From assembly GCA_041662785.1 (NCBI GenBank), contig JBAZRW010000001.1, forward strand, positions 261,256 through 325,255: DNA of 64,000 bases, read 5' to 3'. Positions 48,703 through 58,937 of the stretch are shown here, one piece after another (positions within the stretch are counted from its first letter, which is position 1; the number at the start of each line of letters is the position of its first letter). A program made the translations under genes and the position numbers. This DNA is from Bdellovibrionales bacterium. Lineage in GTDB: Bacteria > Pseudomonadota > Alphaproteobacteria > UBA9219. The notes below the pieces were generated by a model. The model was not told the origin of the DNA, did not search any database, and saw only the letters and a list, made by a program, of their open reading frames with translations.

Positions 48703-50184
48703 TTATTCTCCCATCCGGCTTTTTTGTTCAATGTTAGCAAGCACCGCTAGAGCTGCCGAGGCGAGGCGCGCGTGAGCGGGATCGGCACGGCTTGTCAGCA
48801 TGATGGGAACCTTGGCCCCCAAAACAATGCCCGCCGCCTCAGCCGCACCAAGATACGCCAATTGTTTAGCCAGCATATTGCCCGCTTCAATATTGGGAAC
48901 GATAAGCACGTCAGCTTGTCCCGCCACGCGCGATTCGATATTCTTGATTTTAACCGCTTCCATGCTAATCGCGTTATCAAAAGCCAAGGGACCGTCCAGA
49001 GTCGCGCCAACGATCTGCTTACGATGCGCCATCTTACAAAGGATCGCCGCATCCATCGTCGCCGGCATGTGGAAGCTAACCGTTTCCGCTGCCGCCAAAA
49101 TGGCAACCTTGGGGTCCAAAAGCCCCAGCGCATGGGCCATGTAAATGGCGTTTTGGGTGATGTGCTTCTTGCACTCAAGGTCAGGGGCAATGTTCAGCGC
49201 CGCATCCGAGATCAAGAGCGGGAACTTATAGGTCGGCACATCCATCACAAAAATATGGCTCATCCGGCTCTCGGTGCGAAGGCCCAGATCCTTATGAACA
49301 ACCGCGCCCATCAGCTCGTCCGTATGAAGGGCCCCCTTCATCAACGCGCCAACCCTACCTTCGCGGGCCATGGCCACGGCCACGATGGCCGCTTCATGGC
49401 TATGGGTAACATCAACAATTTCACAGCCTTCAAGGGAAACACCCGCCGCTTCAGCAGCGGCCTTAATCTTCGCTTCGGGCCCAACCAAAATAGGCCGGAT
49501 CAATCCGGCCTTGCGAGCTTCGTCCATGCCCGTTAAAGAGGAATTATCGCAAGGGTGCACGACAGCGGTAGGCAGCGCGTCATGGCCTTGCGCCTTTTGG
49601 ATCATCATCCCCATGCGATCATGGTGCAGAATGTTAATCTCCGGCAGGTCTTGGCAACTATGGCGTATTTTGTCCAGCGGAGCCAAAACGGTAGCAATGC
49701 CGATGATAACCTCTTCGGCACGTTGATTGATGCCGATGCAGTTCAGTGTAACGGTTTTGTGCTCTGGATCTTTGGACGCCACGGTTACCGTGACCTCAAT
49801 CGTGTCATCAGGCCGCACGGGCTTAAGGAACTTAATTCCCTGCTCTAAATAAACCGTGCCCGGACCAGGCAGCTTGGTTCCCAAAACAGCCGAAAACATC
49901 GCGCCGCTAAGCATGCCGTGAGCGACAACGCCGTGAAAACGACCCTTAAACGAAAATTCTTCATCAAGATGCGAAGGGTTATTATCCCCCGACACAACGG
50001 CGAAAAGCTCAATATCGCGCCGCGTGAGCTTGCGCGTGATCTTGGCAAAATCGCCGACATTTATTTCATCAAACGTCTTATTTTCAAGAAACGTCTCAGT
50101 CATGGGCTGGATCCATTCAATTTGAGAAACAGGAAACGACAAGGGAGCGGCATCTTCCCGAAAGACAAGGGGGAAGCGCGCCAA
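48703..50184 (-). CDS. pta: Bifunctional MaoC-like enoyl-CoA hydratase / phosphate acetyltransferase
   Basis: N-terminal MaoC/hot-dog domain followed by a phosphate acetyl/butyryl-transferase domain. The start is a TTG at 50184 or an ATG at 50103. A 3-nt gap separates it from ackA. Confidence 0.8.
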   Translation of the reverse strand: MARFPLVFREDAAPLSFPVSQIEWIQPMTETFLENKTFDEINVGDFAKITRKLTRRDIELFAVVSGDNNPSHLDEEFSFKGRFHGVVAHGMLSGAMFSAVLGTKLPGPGTVYLEQGIKFLKPVRPDDTIEVTVTVASKDPEHKTVTLNCIGINQRAEEVIIGIATVLAPLDKIRHSCQDLPEINILHHDRMGMMIQKAQGHDALPTAVVHPCDNSSLTGMDEARKAGLIRPILVGPEAKIKAAAEAAGVSLEGCEIVDVTHSHEAAIVAVAMAREGRVGALMKGALHTDELMGAVVHKDLGLRTESRMSHIFVMDVPTYKFPLLISDAALNIAPDLECKKHITQNAIYMAHALGLLDPKVAILAAAETVSFHMPATMDAAILCKMAHRKQIVGATLDGPLAFDNAISMEAVKIKNIESRVAGQADVLIVPNIEAGNMLAKQLAYLGAAEAAGIVLGAKVPIMLTSRADPAHARLASAALAVLANIEQKSRMGE

Positions 50185-50301
50185 AGGGTAGGCCTCATTT
50201 GTACATTAACCATAACCGTTTGTCAGCTTGAACTTGCGCAGGCAGAGGAAAATTGGGTTTTTGGGGTCGATTGTGCCGAAAACATCACGCCAGCCCTAGA
50301 A

Positions 50302-51333
50302 TCAAGAGGCCGGAATCAATCTGTTATAAAGCGCGATCATTTGTTCGGTCACGGCCTTGCGCGTGTAAGTACGGCTGTAGGTATCAAACCCTGCCGCGAT
50401 CATGCGGCGACGCAAGGCTTCATCCCCCAAGGCCCGCGCAAGGGCTTTCCCCAAAGCGTCAGAATCGTCAATCGGCACCAAAAGGCCATTCTGGCCGTCC
50501 TCGATATGGGCGGCGGGGCCAGCGCTTTTGGCGGCCACCAAGGGGGTTCCGGCCGCCCAAGCCTCTAAAATAACCGTCCCGAACGGCTCATAACGAGAAG
50601 GTAAAACGCAGACATTCGCCGCCCTTAATAGCGCGCCACGATCCGTGCGCCAGCCCAAAAACCGGACACGAGATTCTAACCCCAGCTTGCGGCACAATTT
50701 TTCCAAATCACCGCGCAAAGGCCCCTCGCCAGCCAGCCAGAAAACGGCATCGGGGACAAGTTTGGCAGCGTGAAGAAGCGTGTCCAACCCCTTCTTTTTA
50801 TGCAGACGTGACAGGGCCAGAATAACGGGCGCGGAAGGGGGCGTTTGGAGCGTTGTCCTGTCCACAGGGCTTTCCTCACGCACATCGGGAAAGGTGGGGA
50901 CGTAAAAAGCTTTGTCCGCCGCCACGCCCTTGGCAACCTGATGCGCGACGATATCTTTGGTAACACCCACAAAATAGCTGCAACGCTTGAAATTTTTGGG
51001 ATCGTAATAACCACCGAACCAGCCAATGACGGGGCACGTCAAGCCAGAGGGCAACAAGCTGGCCGCGCGGCGCATCCAGCAATGGATCAAATCAGGCTTC
51101 TCTTTTTCAATAAGCCTTTTTAACCGCCAACGCTGAAGAGGGCGAAAAGGAAAGCTTAAAACGCCTGTATCGACCCGCACGCCTGCCGCCACCAGCTCGG
51201 CCGTGCGCGGCGCATCGACCGCCACCACGGCAAGGCCGTCAATGCCGCTAGCCTTAAGACTAAGCAGAATATCGACAGAATAGGTCTCGGCGCCCCCCTG
51301 TCCCCGCCCTGCCATGATATGAAGGATGCGCAC
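50302..51333 (-). CDS. Glycosyltransferase family 4 (GT1-like fold)
   Basis: MRILHIMAGRGQGGAETYSV... and EPFGTVILEAWAAGTPLVA (E-x7-E motif). GTG start 3 nt after the dotL stop. Confidence 0.75.
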   Translation of the reverse strand: MRILHIMAGRGQGGAETYSVDILLSLKASGIDGLAVVAVDAPRTAELVAAGVRVDTGVLSFPFRPLQRWRLKRLIEKEKPDLIHCWMRRAASLLPSGLTCPVIGWFGGYYDPKNFKRCSYFVGVTKDIVAHQVAKGVAADKAFYVPTFPDVREESPVDRTTLQTPPSAPVILALSRLHKKKGLDTLLHAAKLVPDAVFWLAGEGPLRGDLEKLCRKLGLESRVRFLGWRTDRGALLRAANVCVLPSRYEPFGTVILEAWAAGTPLVAAKSAGPAAHIEDGQNGLLVPIDDSDALGKALARALGDEALRRRMIAAGFDTYSRTYTRKAVTEQMIALYNRLIPAS

Positions 51334-51336
51334 CGT

Positions 51337-53736
51337 TTAATCCGAATCTTTTGTCGGGTCGCTGCCAAGGCCTTTATTCAACTTGCCCGCCATACCTTCA
51401 ATGTAAGCCGCCATGTCGTCGGGCAGTTTTAGCTTCGTGATGTCGGCTCCGTCCGCCTCAACTTCAACGCGCGGCGCGATACTGGTGTCAAGATCATGGG
51501 GAAGGAATCCGCCCGTCTCCACACCGCCCAACGAGGGCTCTTCAAAAGAATCCTCTTGGCTCTCCGCCTCTTGCGCCGACGAGGCCCCAGAAGGCAAATC
51601 CCACGGCATAGCAACAGCGCTGCCTCCTGCCGTCTTAGCCGGCGCCTTAGTAGGCGCACGCGCGGCTGTCGCTGGGGGGGCCGCCGCCTCATCATCGCCC
51701 TCAAACAACCGCTGCGCTGATGTCGCCACCTTCGGCAACCCGCCAACCGCTGCCGCAACGACTTCGGCAGGCGTTTTTCCTGCGTCTCTAGCCGCCGCAA
51801 GCCCCTTAACAAGACCGGCAATTTCGGGCGGCGTTTTTGGCGCGGGGGCCGCGTCTGCCGCCGTCCATGAAGGATCATTCAGCCGCGTGGCCACCTCATT
51901 GATGATCCTCTCGCGATTCTTAAACAAATCGGTTGTCGCAGGGACGGGCAAAAGCTTGTGAACGCGCAAAGCGCCAGCCCGATCAGGCACAGCATAAAAC
52001 ATACGGGCACGCACAATGTATTGCGCGAAAAGCATATGGACTTCACCTTCGCGCTGACCGCGCAAATGGTCATAAACCGCACGCGGACGAACCTGCAACC
52101 CCGTAGATTGATGGTTTTCATAAAAAGTGTGCGCCATAAACAAACTTGAAATGGTGTCGGTTCTCGCCTGCATGCCGCTAGCATCCATAACAAATTCAGC
52201 CCCCGCGTGATCTTCAAAAAACTTTTTCGTGTCACCGGGGTCTTCGATCTTGCCAAAAATTTTCAAGTTACAGTTGGCCAGAATGGATTGGGCCTCTTGC
52301 TTCACGCGCTTTTCCATCGACGGCAAATCCTGCGCCGCGAAGATCAACGAAAAACCAAGAGAGCGCGCTTGCGCCGCCATCACGGCCATTCCCGGCGCGG
52401 TGTAATACCCCACCTCATCAAACACCGCCATAAACGAAGATTGCGAACGCGTCTGCTTGCTGCCAATGGCACTTTCCCAACTGCCTTCGACCGTGTTGCC
52501 CAGCGTCGCGCCCATCATGCCCTTCATGCTGGCCACAACAATTTTACCAAGGTTGGCCGCTTCATCTCCCGATTTTTCAAGCGAGGGAATAAGCACGACA
52601 AGAACGCGGCGATTGATAACAACATCCAAAACATCGACATCGGCCAACTGGGCGCGGAAAATATAGCCATAATCGTCAGCCAGCGATTGCAAGGAACGCG
52701 TGAACTGCATGGACAGATAGCCATGCTGTTGCCGCGCAACCTGCAAATCATACATAGGTTGATCGGGCGAAGGGGGCTTCTCATTCCCCTCATCGTCAAA
52801 CGCCGCGTCGATATAGCCTGGTAGCGTCGTCAAATAGCCCTGTAACCCGCGCAAGATGCGCTCAGGCAAATCGGGATCGCGCGAAAGACGAATAATCGCG
52901 GGCAATTCAATATAGTCACGGAGCGCGCTAACATCGAGCAAGATATCGCCGCGATCACGTTTCCATGTCAAAGCAGGCATCAATGCACCCATCAAGGCCA
53001 CGGCACGTTCTTTCCACATGGCGTTATCGCCGCCCGCATCAGGCATCAAGCTAACGACCATGTTGGTGATATAAGAAGCCGAGCCGTTGGAAAACGGGTT
53101 CATCGTATTCGAGACAGCACCGCTGTCCGAGTTTGCGGTCATATAGTTGAGCGCCAGAATGTCGTCGTCGCGACCAAAGCGCCGCACAAGGGCATAAAGC
53201 GATGCCCACAAATCCGTATCGGCCTTACCATCGACATACACGAAGCCTGATCCCCACGTCAGGGAATTGGCGACCAAAGACTTCAGACCCTCGGTCTTTC
53301 CCGAACCCGTCGTTCCCAAAAAAAGCATATGCGTGCGAGCATCCGCGTTGGTAAGCCAAAGCTCACGTCCCTTTTCTGGGTGACGATCCTCATCCAGATT
53401 GCCAAGGAACAAAATGCCCTCCGACTTGCCAGAGCCCCCTTTTCCGGGGCTGGGATTATGGGCATCCGGCAAAGGCGCGGCCTGCATGGGCATTTTTAAA
53501 GGGAGCGTAAGCTCCGTCTTGATCAAAACCCAACGGGCATAATAGGCCATCCCGACAAGGATAAGGTCACCCCACGCCGCAGCAATAGGGGACGCCAAGA
53601 CGCCAATAACGGCAAGAACCGCGACAGCGGCAAAAACATCGGGCTTATTCCAATATTCCTTAAGCCGCACAGAGACAGGGCGGACGTCTCGAATATAATC
53701 GCGATAAGGAACCTTATGTTTGTCTAAAAGAGTCAT
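51337..53736 (-). CDS. dotL: Type IV coupling protein DotL/IcmO-like (VirD4/TraG family ATPase)
   Basis: 799 aa. N-terminal TM helices, Walker A LFLGTTGSGKTEGL, Ala/Pro-rich acidic C-terminal tail. It lies downstream of the DotM-like gene as icmP-icmO does in Legionella (trbA-trbC in R64). Confidence 0.6.
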   Translation of the reverse strand: MTLLDKHKVPYRDYIRDVRPVSVRLKEYWNKPDVFAAVAVLAVIGVLASPIAAAWGDLILVGMAYYARWVLIKTELTLPLKMPMQAAPLPDAHNPSPGKGGSGKSEGILFLGNLDEDRHPEKGRELWLTNADARTHMLFLGTTGSGKTEGLKSLVANSLTWGSGFVYVDGKADTDLWASLYALVRRFGRDDDILALNYMTANSDSGAVSNTMNPFSNGSASYITNMVVSLMPDAGGDNAMWKERAVALMGALMPALTWKRDRGDILLDVSALRDYIELPAIIRLSRDPDLPERILRGLQGYLTTLPGYIDAAFDDEGNEKPPSPDQPMYDLQVARQQHGYLSMQFTRSLQSLADDYGYIFRAQLADVDVLDVVINRRVLVVLIPSLEKSGDEAANLGKIVVASMKGMMGATLGNTVEGSWESAIGSKQTRSQSSFMAVFDEVGYYTAPGMAVMAAQARSLGFSLIFAAQDLPSMEKRVKQEAQSILANCNLKIFGKIEDPGDTKKFFEDHAGAEFVMDASGMQARTDTISSLFMAHTFYENHQSTGLQVRPRAVYDHLRGQREGEVHMLFAQYIVRARMFYAVPDRAGALRVHKLLPVPATTDLFKNRERIINEVATRLNDPSWTAADAAPAPKTPPEIAGLVKGLAAARDAGKTPAEVVAAAVGGLPKVATSAQRLFEGDDEAAAPPATAARAPTKAPAKTAGGSAVAMPWDLPSGASSAQEAESQEDSFEEPSLGGVETGGFLPHDLDTSIAPRVEVEADGADITKLKLPDDMAAYIEGMAGKLNKGLGSDPTKDSD

Positions 53737-53783
53737 AAACTTTCTTCTCCTCGGGCCTCCCTTATTGAAGGCATTTTTACTTC

Positions 53784-54314
53784 TTACGGCACGCGCGGCA
53801 AGACATCGTCAGCGATAGCGGGCACGCCCGTGTGAATTTCTGCGGGCGATCCCTCAGGGCGCGCGCCCACTTCTTGCGTCTGCTGCGGCTGCGCCACAGA
53901 CGTCACCTCGGGGCTTGACGCGCTCTTCACCGTAAAGAAAGAGAGCCCAACAAAAAGGAGCGCCCCCAAAAGGATCACCCAAACCAGAAACCGCAGAAAA
54001 CGTGAGCCGCCCGTCAAGGGGCCGCTGCTACGCCCCAGAGCCCGCAGCACGACCCCATAGGCTTTTTCAGCCTCATGCCGTTCATCAAAAGTAGCCACAA
54101 CCAAAAGATCGCCTTGCCCAAGCTGGGTATAGCCCAACTCCCACGAACCCTCTTTCTCATGAAGAGAAACGGTCGTGTTTGACATTTTCTCAAGATCAAC
54201 CTGCCACACCAAGGGGGGCGAGCTCATCTGAAACGCCGCCAAAAGAAACGGCGCAGGGCCGCGACGCACAATCTTGGCGCGAGCAGGGGTATCTTTGATC
54301 AAAATCGAAAACAT
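53784..54314 (-). CDS. Hypothetical membrane protein between the dotM-like and dotL-like genes
   Basis: 176 aa. One TM (FLVWVILLGALLFVGLSFF). No motif. Confidence 0.3.
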   Translation of the reverse strand: MFSILIKDTPARAKIVRRGPAPFLLAAFQMSSPPLVWQVDLEKMSNTTVSLHEKEGSWELGYTQLGQGDLLVVATFDERHEAEKAYGVVLRALGRSSGPLTGGSRFLRFLVWVILLGALLFVGLSFFTVKSASSPEVTSVAQPQQTQEVGARPEGSPAEIHTGVPAIADDVLPRVP

Positions 54315-54346
54315 GGCTTTCTCCCTCTTCCTTCATGAGCCGCCCT

Positions 54347-55576
54347 CTAAGCGCGACTTTTTCCTTCATAGGGCGGCACGGTAACTTGATTATCGCCCAT
54401 ATATTTGTTCAACGTGATAAAAACCGTTTCAAAGCGCGGAACGACAAGGGCTTTATGCGCCAGATCTTCGGCCATAAAGTGAGCCATCGCACCAGCCCCC
54501 TCCGTATGAAAAGAACGCCGCCCCAGATTGTTAAGAGCATACCACAAGTCGCGATCCACGCCACGCAACCATAAAAACTGTGCCGCCGCCAAAACGCCGC
54601 CCATAAAACGAGCCCACTTTAAGACGCCAATGACCGCCGTTGTCCGAAAGGCATGGTTCTTGGCAACATTTAAAACCTCACCTCCGATGGCGGAGTCCTT
54701 CAATATTTTTTTGATTTCGGAGACCATCTCCGAAGGAAAGCTCATGCCCTTACTCTCGGACCAACAGGCAGAAATCCGCCCCAAAAGATCGTCGCTTTCA
54801 TCGCGTTTTTGAACGCCCTTAAGCGCAAAAGCCGCCAAAAGCGCTTGGATATAAAGGGGCAGCTCTTGATAATTTTCTGTCCAGCGAGGCCCTAATTGCA
54901 AGGAAAGGGCGCGATGAACTTCCTCGCGGCGCGGAATTCCCTTCACAATAGGAATCTGGTGAAAGGACAGCCATTCCTCAGGCGCAAGCGCCTCGGCAAA
55001 AAGAGGCAGCTTTTGCGGAACACGCCCCCCCAGCACACGCGCACTATGCTTAGAAGGATTGAAGGAAACAATCGGGGCAATAACCTTCCATATTGACGAC
55101 TGCGTCTTGATAAAACTTTCAAGATTATGCCGTTTTTTGTACTCGTTTCGCACAGATTTGAATATCGCATAATAGGCCACAAAACCACAAAACACAGCAA
55201 CAGGCCACTTTATATACGATCCCACAAAAGCTCCGACAAAGCCAAGGCTTGTGGGCGTCATATTATAGTACTGCAACGCCTCGTTCGCAGGCAAACGGGC
55301 TAAAGCGGCACTACCGAAACAACCCAAAGCGGCCTGATAGGCTTCATGCGAGGGCATAAGGTCGCCACCATGCGCCTCACGCAACCACATAAAACAAGAG
55401 GAGGCCTGCCTATCCACCAAAGCCAACGGCGCAATCTCTACCAGTTTGACATAGCGGACGAATTCCATAAGCGGCTGGTTAAAAAAATGCCAAATGACCC
55501 AACCGATGCCGCCGAAAATGGTGACAAGGATTAAAAGAGTCCACGTTGGATCATCCGTATTATTTGCTGAGGCCAT
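54347..55576 (-). CDS. DotM/IcmP-like (TrbA-like) inner-membrane protein
   Basis: 409 aa. N-terminal TM pair (WTLLILVTIFGGIGWVIWHFF) and a cytoplasmic domain. It is placed immediately upstream of the T4CP gene. Confidence 0.4.
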   Translation of the reverse strand: MASANNTDDPTWTLLILVTIFGGIGWVIWHFFNQPLMEFVRYVKLVEIAPLALVDRQASSCFMWLREAHGGDLMPSHEAYQAALGCFGSAALARLPANEALQYYNMTPTSLGFVGAFVGSYIKWPVAVFCGFVAYYAIFKSVRNEYKKRHNLESFIKTQSSIWKVIAPIVSFNPSKHSARVLGGRVPQKLPLFAEALAPEEWLSFHQIPIVKGIPRREEVHRALSLQLGPRWTENYQELPLYIQALLAAFALKGVQKRDESDDLLGRISACWSESKGMSFPSEMVSEIKKILKDSAIGGEVLNVAKNHAFRTTAVIGVLKWARFMGGVLAAAQFLWLRGVDRDLWYALNNLGRRSFHTEGAGAMAHFMAEDLAHKALVVPRFETVFITLNKYMGDNQVTVPPYEGKSRA

Positions 55577-55758
55577 TTCTTTTTTGCATCCTGTTTAAAA
55601 CCCAACACAAACCAAGAGAAGAATATACGATATCACCCTAAGGCAACCAACCCTCTTCTTTGGTTAATGCCCCTGTGGCGAGGCGGGGACTCTTTTCTTT
55701 TTTGCGCCCCTTCGCGCCACGAACACATGGCGATAAAGCCCCTATCGCTTTGTTTTTC

Positions 55759-58743
55759 TTAGGATTGCTCCTTGAGCAAATTTTCACGAACTGTCTTGAT
55801 AAGCTCATCCGCCAATTCGGCAATCACCACACTTGTTCCAGCGGATTCAACTTTTCCGGACTCTGTCCGCTGAACAACGCGACGGCGAATTTCCTGTCGT
55901 GCCGATCCGCTTGGGAAGAATCGCGCCAACACGCGACGCGCCAAGGGCCCGCCAAGGGCAGTATAAAGAGCGGTGCGAAGATCGACATCTTCCCGCGACG
56001 TTGAAAGCGCCCACAACTCGATAGGGCCAAGCGTGTTGACCAGATGCTGCTCATACCGTCCCTCATTAGTGCTGAGGAGAAGGAGAACGGGCGCGCCGCT
56101 AGGACGCGGCCCCGTCAAACGATAGCGCATCACCCAACGCGCCGTATCTGAAAGGCCAAAGCGTTCCGCCGTTTCATTGATCGCACGCTCGGAAACGGCC
56201 GTGCCGCAAACCCAAACGCCCGTCGCCATATCGACCATATCGTTGCTGAAATCTTCCAACAACTGGGAGGCCAAAACGATTTGCACGCCCCATTTGCGTC
56301 CTTCGCGCATATCACGCACGACCTGCGCCCGAACGGCCGCCGTCTTGCTTGTACGGTGGAACTCGTCAAAGCACAGCCGCTTGGGCGATTCACGAATATC
56401 GCGGAATCGCTCTTCGTGATAGGGGCGATATTTCTCCGGCATAAGACGGATTGAATCCGGCCCCAGCCACCACGCACGAACCAAAACGTGGCGCGCCAAC
56501 ATATACATGACCGCCGTTTGACGATCGGCGGCATCATCGCCTTGAGGCGCGACATCCTGCAAATCAACCGCCGCAATGCGCGTTGTGCCAATATCAAAAC
56601 GCGTGATAGAGGCCAAAATGGGGAACTCACGCACTGCCGAGGCAATCATACGATCAAAGGCATGGATGATGGACTCTGCCGAAGAACCAATCGACGTCTC
56701 TTCTAGCAACGCACGGATCTGGGGACGGCGAGCCGATGTCACGGCGTCCACAAGCGTCGGAACAGCATGGCGCTGCGCGAGCATACATTCGTGATGCGCC
56801 CCTACGTCATACAAAGCATCCACAACATCCCACCAATAAGGATCGACGGGTAGATGAAGATTATACTTTTTAAGCGCCTCATCAACATCCGGCTCCATGT
56901 TCAAAAGATACGGCCGAGGCTCAGTGTTCGCACCTTTATCATCACGCCAACGATACATCTCGTCTACGCACAGACCGACAAGCTGCGCCATACCGTCATA
57001 AGGGGTCGTCTGCCCAGGCGCCGTACAAAGCAAAGTGAGCAGCTCCGTCAAATAAGACCGCTCTTCGGGCAAAGGATAGCGGCAGCCTAGCTGCGTATCG
57101 AAAGGATTGACCGAAAACTCAGGCGCCATCTTCAGCTTAAAGTGCATGGCCTCATGCCGCCGCTCAAGCGGCAAGGAGTCACGAATCAAAGCAATCAACC
57201 CAGCCGACGACGGCCCGATATCCAAGATAGCAATGTAGGGAAGGCGCGTATTGCCCGCCGACAAAATGGTTCCCAGATTCAGCGCGTTCATCAAAACCGA
57301 CTTACCAGAGCCGGGTTGCGCAAAAATCAAATCGAACCACGTTGTCGTCAACGAGCTGCCCGTCTGATAGGGCCAAATACGCCCATCAGAGGTACGAAAG
57401 ACGACTGAGCCCTCCTTAAACGGCGACGATGCCCGTTGCCACGGCAAAAGTTTCAAAACATCGCGAAACGGCGCAATGGCGGGCGGTGCGGTTGATGCAC
57501 ACGCGATCCCCAGCGCCGAGGAAAGGGTCGCCTCTAAAGGATCCCCCCCTGCTGACGAGCCCTGACAATAGCCCCACGATTCCAACGCCTGCGTCAAAGA
57601 GGCAAGGCGCGTTTCAACCAGTTTGACCTCACGCGCGGGGGCATAGGTCGAAAGCGAAATACGCAACCGCACAACAGGCTCGCTTTGTGACAATTCCTGA
57701 AGCGCCTTGAGCGATTCACGAATCTGGCGATTGACTTCATTTGTAAAGGCAAGAACCGCCGATAAGAACGTGCGGAAAGCCGTGCCCTCAACGCCCGCGC
57801 TTTCAATCAAAATCGAAAGATGGAAGGGCATGTCTTCATTGATCATACGCGCCAAAAGCTGCGGGAACGGCGCAGGATCCGCAGGGCCGAGCGTCATATC
57901 AACGCCGCCCCAACACAAATCACCGATCCGCACGATGGTGGGTTTGACAATTTCGGCATCGCCCGTGCAAAGCTGCCGACGCAAGGGCGGCCACAAAACC
58001 TCGGAAGCATCCGTAGGTTCCGAAGAAGCATGCGGCGTAATGGGATCGCCAGGCACATTGGCCTTCCATTCATCATGTCCTAGCGTCGGATACAAACTCG
58101 CCCTGATCGCCGCCAAAGATTGGTGGACAGAGGCCACACTGGCCTTAATCGACAATTCTTCAAGAACGGAAACCATTCCCGAAACATAGCCCTTGTGGCG
58201 CGAGACAAGTGGCCCAAGACCCGCAAAAGGATGCTGCGCATCATTGGCAACCACCCATTTTTGATCAGCCCTAAGACGCAAGGCTTCCTTCAGCTCCATC
58301 GCGCTAACCGCTTTGGGACGCGTCCACAAAACGAAATAGACTTCCTCGTGCGCTAGATATTGGGAGAGGTGGCGCTGCCGTTCATCAAGCAAATCGTCAA
58401 GATCCAAGCCCGACATTTGGGCCGCCGCGCGGTTGCTTTTCATCGCGCTGGCAAGATCACTTCCCACCATATGGGGGTCACGCATAAAATAAACCTGAAG
58501 CGCATAGCCGGGGCGATCAAACCGAGAGCCAAGCTTCATCGTGGCTTGTTCGACAATCCACTGATATTCGGCGTCCCCGATAATTTGCCGCGAGCCATGA
58601 ATCTGGACAATGGACATCAAAGAGCCGTCGTCAGCCACCAGCGTTGTGCCATCCTGCGCCGTTTCAAGGCGAATAAAGGATTCTATCGGCTGCCGCGCCG
58701 CGACAAGGACAGACGCCACAATGTGATCAAGAACATTTAACAT
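55759..58743 (-). CDS. dotO: DotO/IcmB-like (TraU-like) VirB4-family secretion ATPase
   Basis: About 995 aa from the internal Met (AGAGG RBS). Walker A FAQPGSGKSVLMNA; the size matches IcmB (~1000 aa). Confidence 0.65.
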   Translation of the reverse strand: MLNVLDHIVASVLVAARQPIESFIRLETAQDGTTLVADDGSLMSIVQIHGSRQIIGDAEYQWIVEQATMKLGSRFDRPGYALQVYFMRDPHMVGSDLASAMKSNRAAAQMSGLDLDDLLDERQRHLSQYLAHEEVYFVLWTRPKAVSAMELKEALRLRADQKWVVANDAQHPFAGLGPLVSRHKGYVSGMVSVLEELSIKASVASVHQSLAAIRASLYPTLGHDEWKANVPGDPITPHASSEPTDASEVLWPPLRRQLCTGDAEIVKPTIVRIGDLCWGGVDMTLGPADPAPFPQLLARMINEDMPFHLSILIESAGVEGTAFRTFLSAVLAFTNEVNRQIRESLKALQELSQSEPVVRLRISLSTYAPAREVKLVETRLASLTQALESWGYCQGSSAGGDPLEATLSSALGIACASTAPPAIAPFRDVLKLLPWQRASSPFKEGSVVFRTSDGRIWPYQTGSSLTTTWFDLIFAQPGSGKSVLMNALNLGTILSAGNTRLPYIAILDIGPSSAGLIALIRDSLPLERRHEAMHFKLKMAPEFSVNPFDTQLGCRYPLPEERSYLTELLTLLCTAPGQTTPYDGMAQLVGLCVDEMYRWRDDKGANTEPRPYLLNMEPDVDEALKKYNLHLPVDPYWWDVVDALYDVGAHHECMLAQRHAVPTLVDAVTSARRPQIRALLEETSIGSSAESIIHAFDRMIASAVREFPILASITRFDIGTTRIAAVDLQDVAPQGDDAADRQTAVMYMLARHVLVRAWWLGPDSIRLMPEKYRPYHEERFRDIRESPKRLCFDEFHRTSKTAAVRAQVVRDMREGRKWGVQIVLASQLLEDFSNDMVDMATGVWVCGTAVSERAINETAERFGLSDTARWVMRYRLTGPRPSGAPVLLLLSTNEGRYEQHLVNTLGPIELWALSTSREDVDLRTALYTALGGPLARRVLARFFPSGSARQEIRRRVVQRTESGKVESAGTSVVIAELADELIKTVRENLLKEQS

Positions 58744-58937
58744 AGGAAAGCCTCTATTAAACCCCAGCGGAAGGGACATCTCAGAACAAGAAGGAGGGGA
58801 CCCCCACCACGTTACGCACAAAAAGAAGAGCCAGCAAGCCTCCCCTGTTTTAAGGGGAAGATTATGAACATTTGACTAACGCGCCAGCCCAAGAAGCGCT
58901 TTAAATTCATGATGGAAGCCGCCCCCCTCCTTCCCTG

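Noticed and set aside
48772-49536. 254-aa plus-strand ORF, plus other 100-130-aa ORFs antisense to pta
   Set aside because: Antisense to a well-supported pta gene. Arg-rich composition, no motifs.
52207-52824. 205-aa plus-strand ORF inside the dotL-like gene, and the 149/182-aa ORFs at 51413-51961
   Set aside because: They overlap the Ala/Pro-rich 3' region of the coupling-protein gene. High-GC repetitive coding DNA stays open in several frames.
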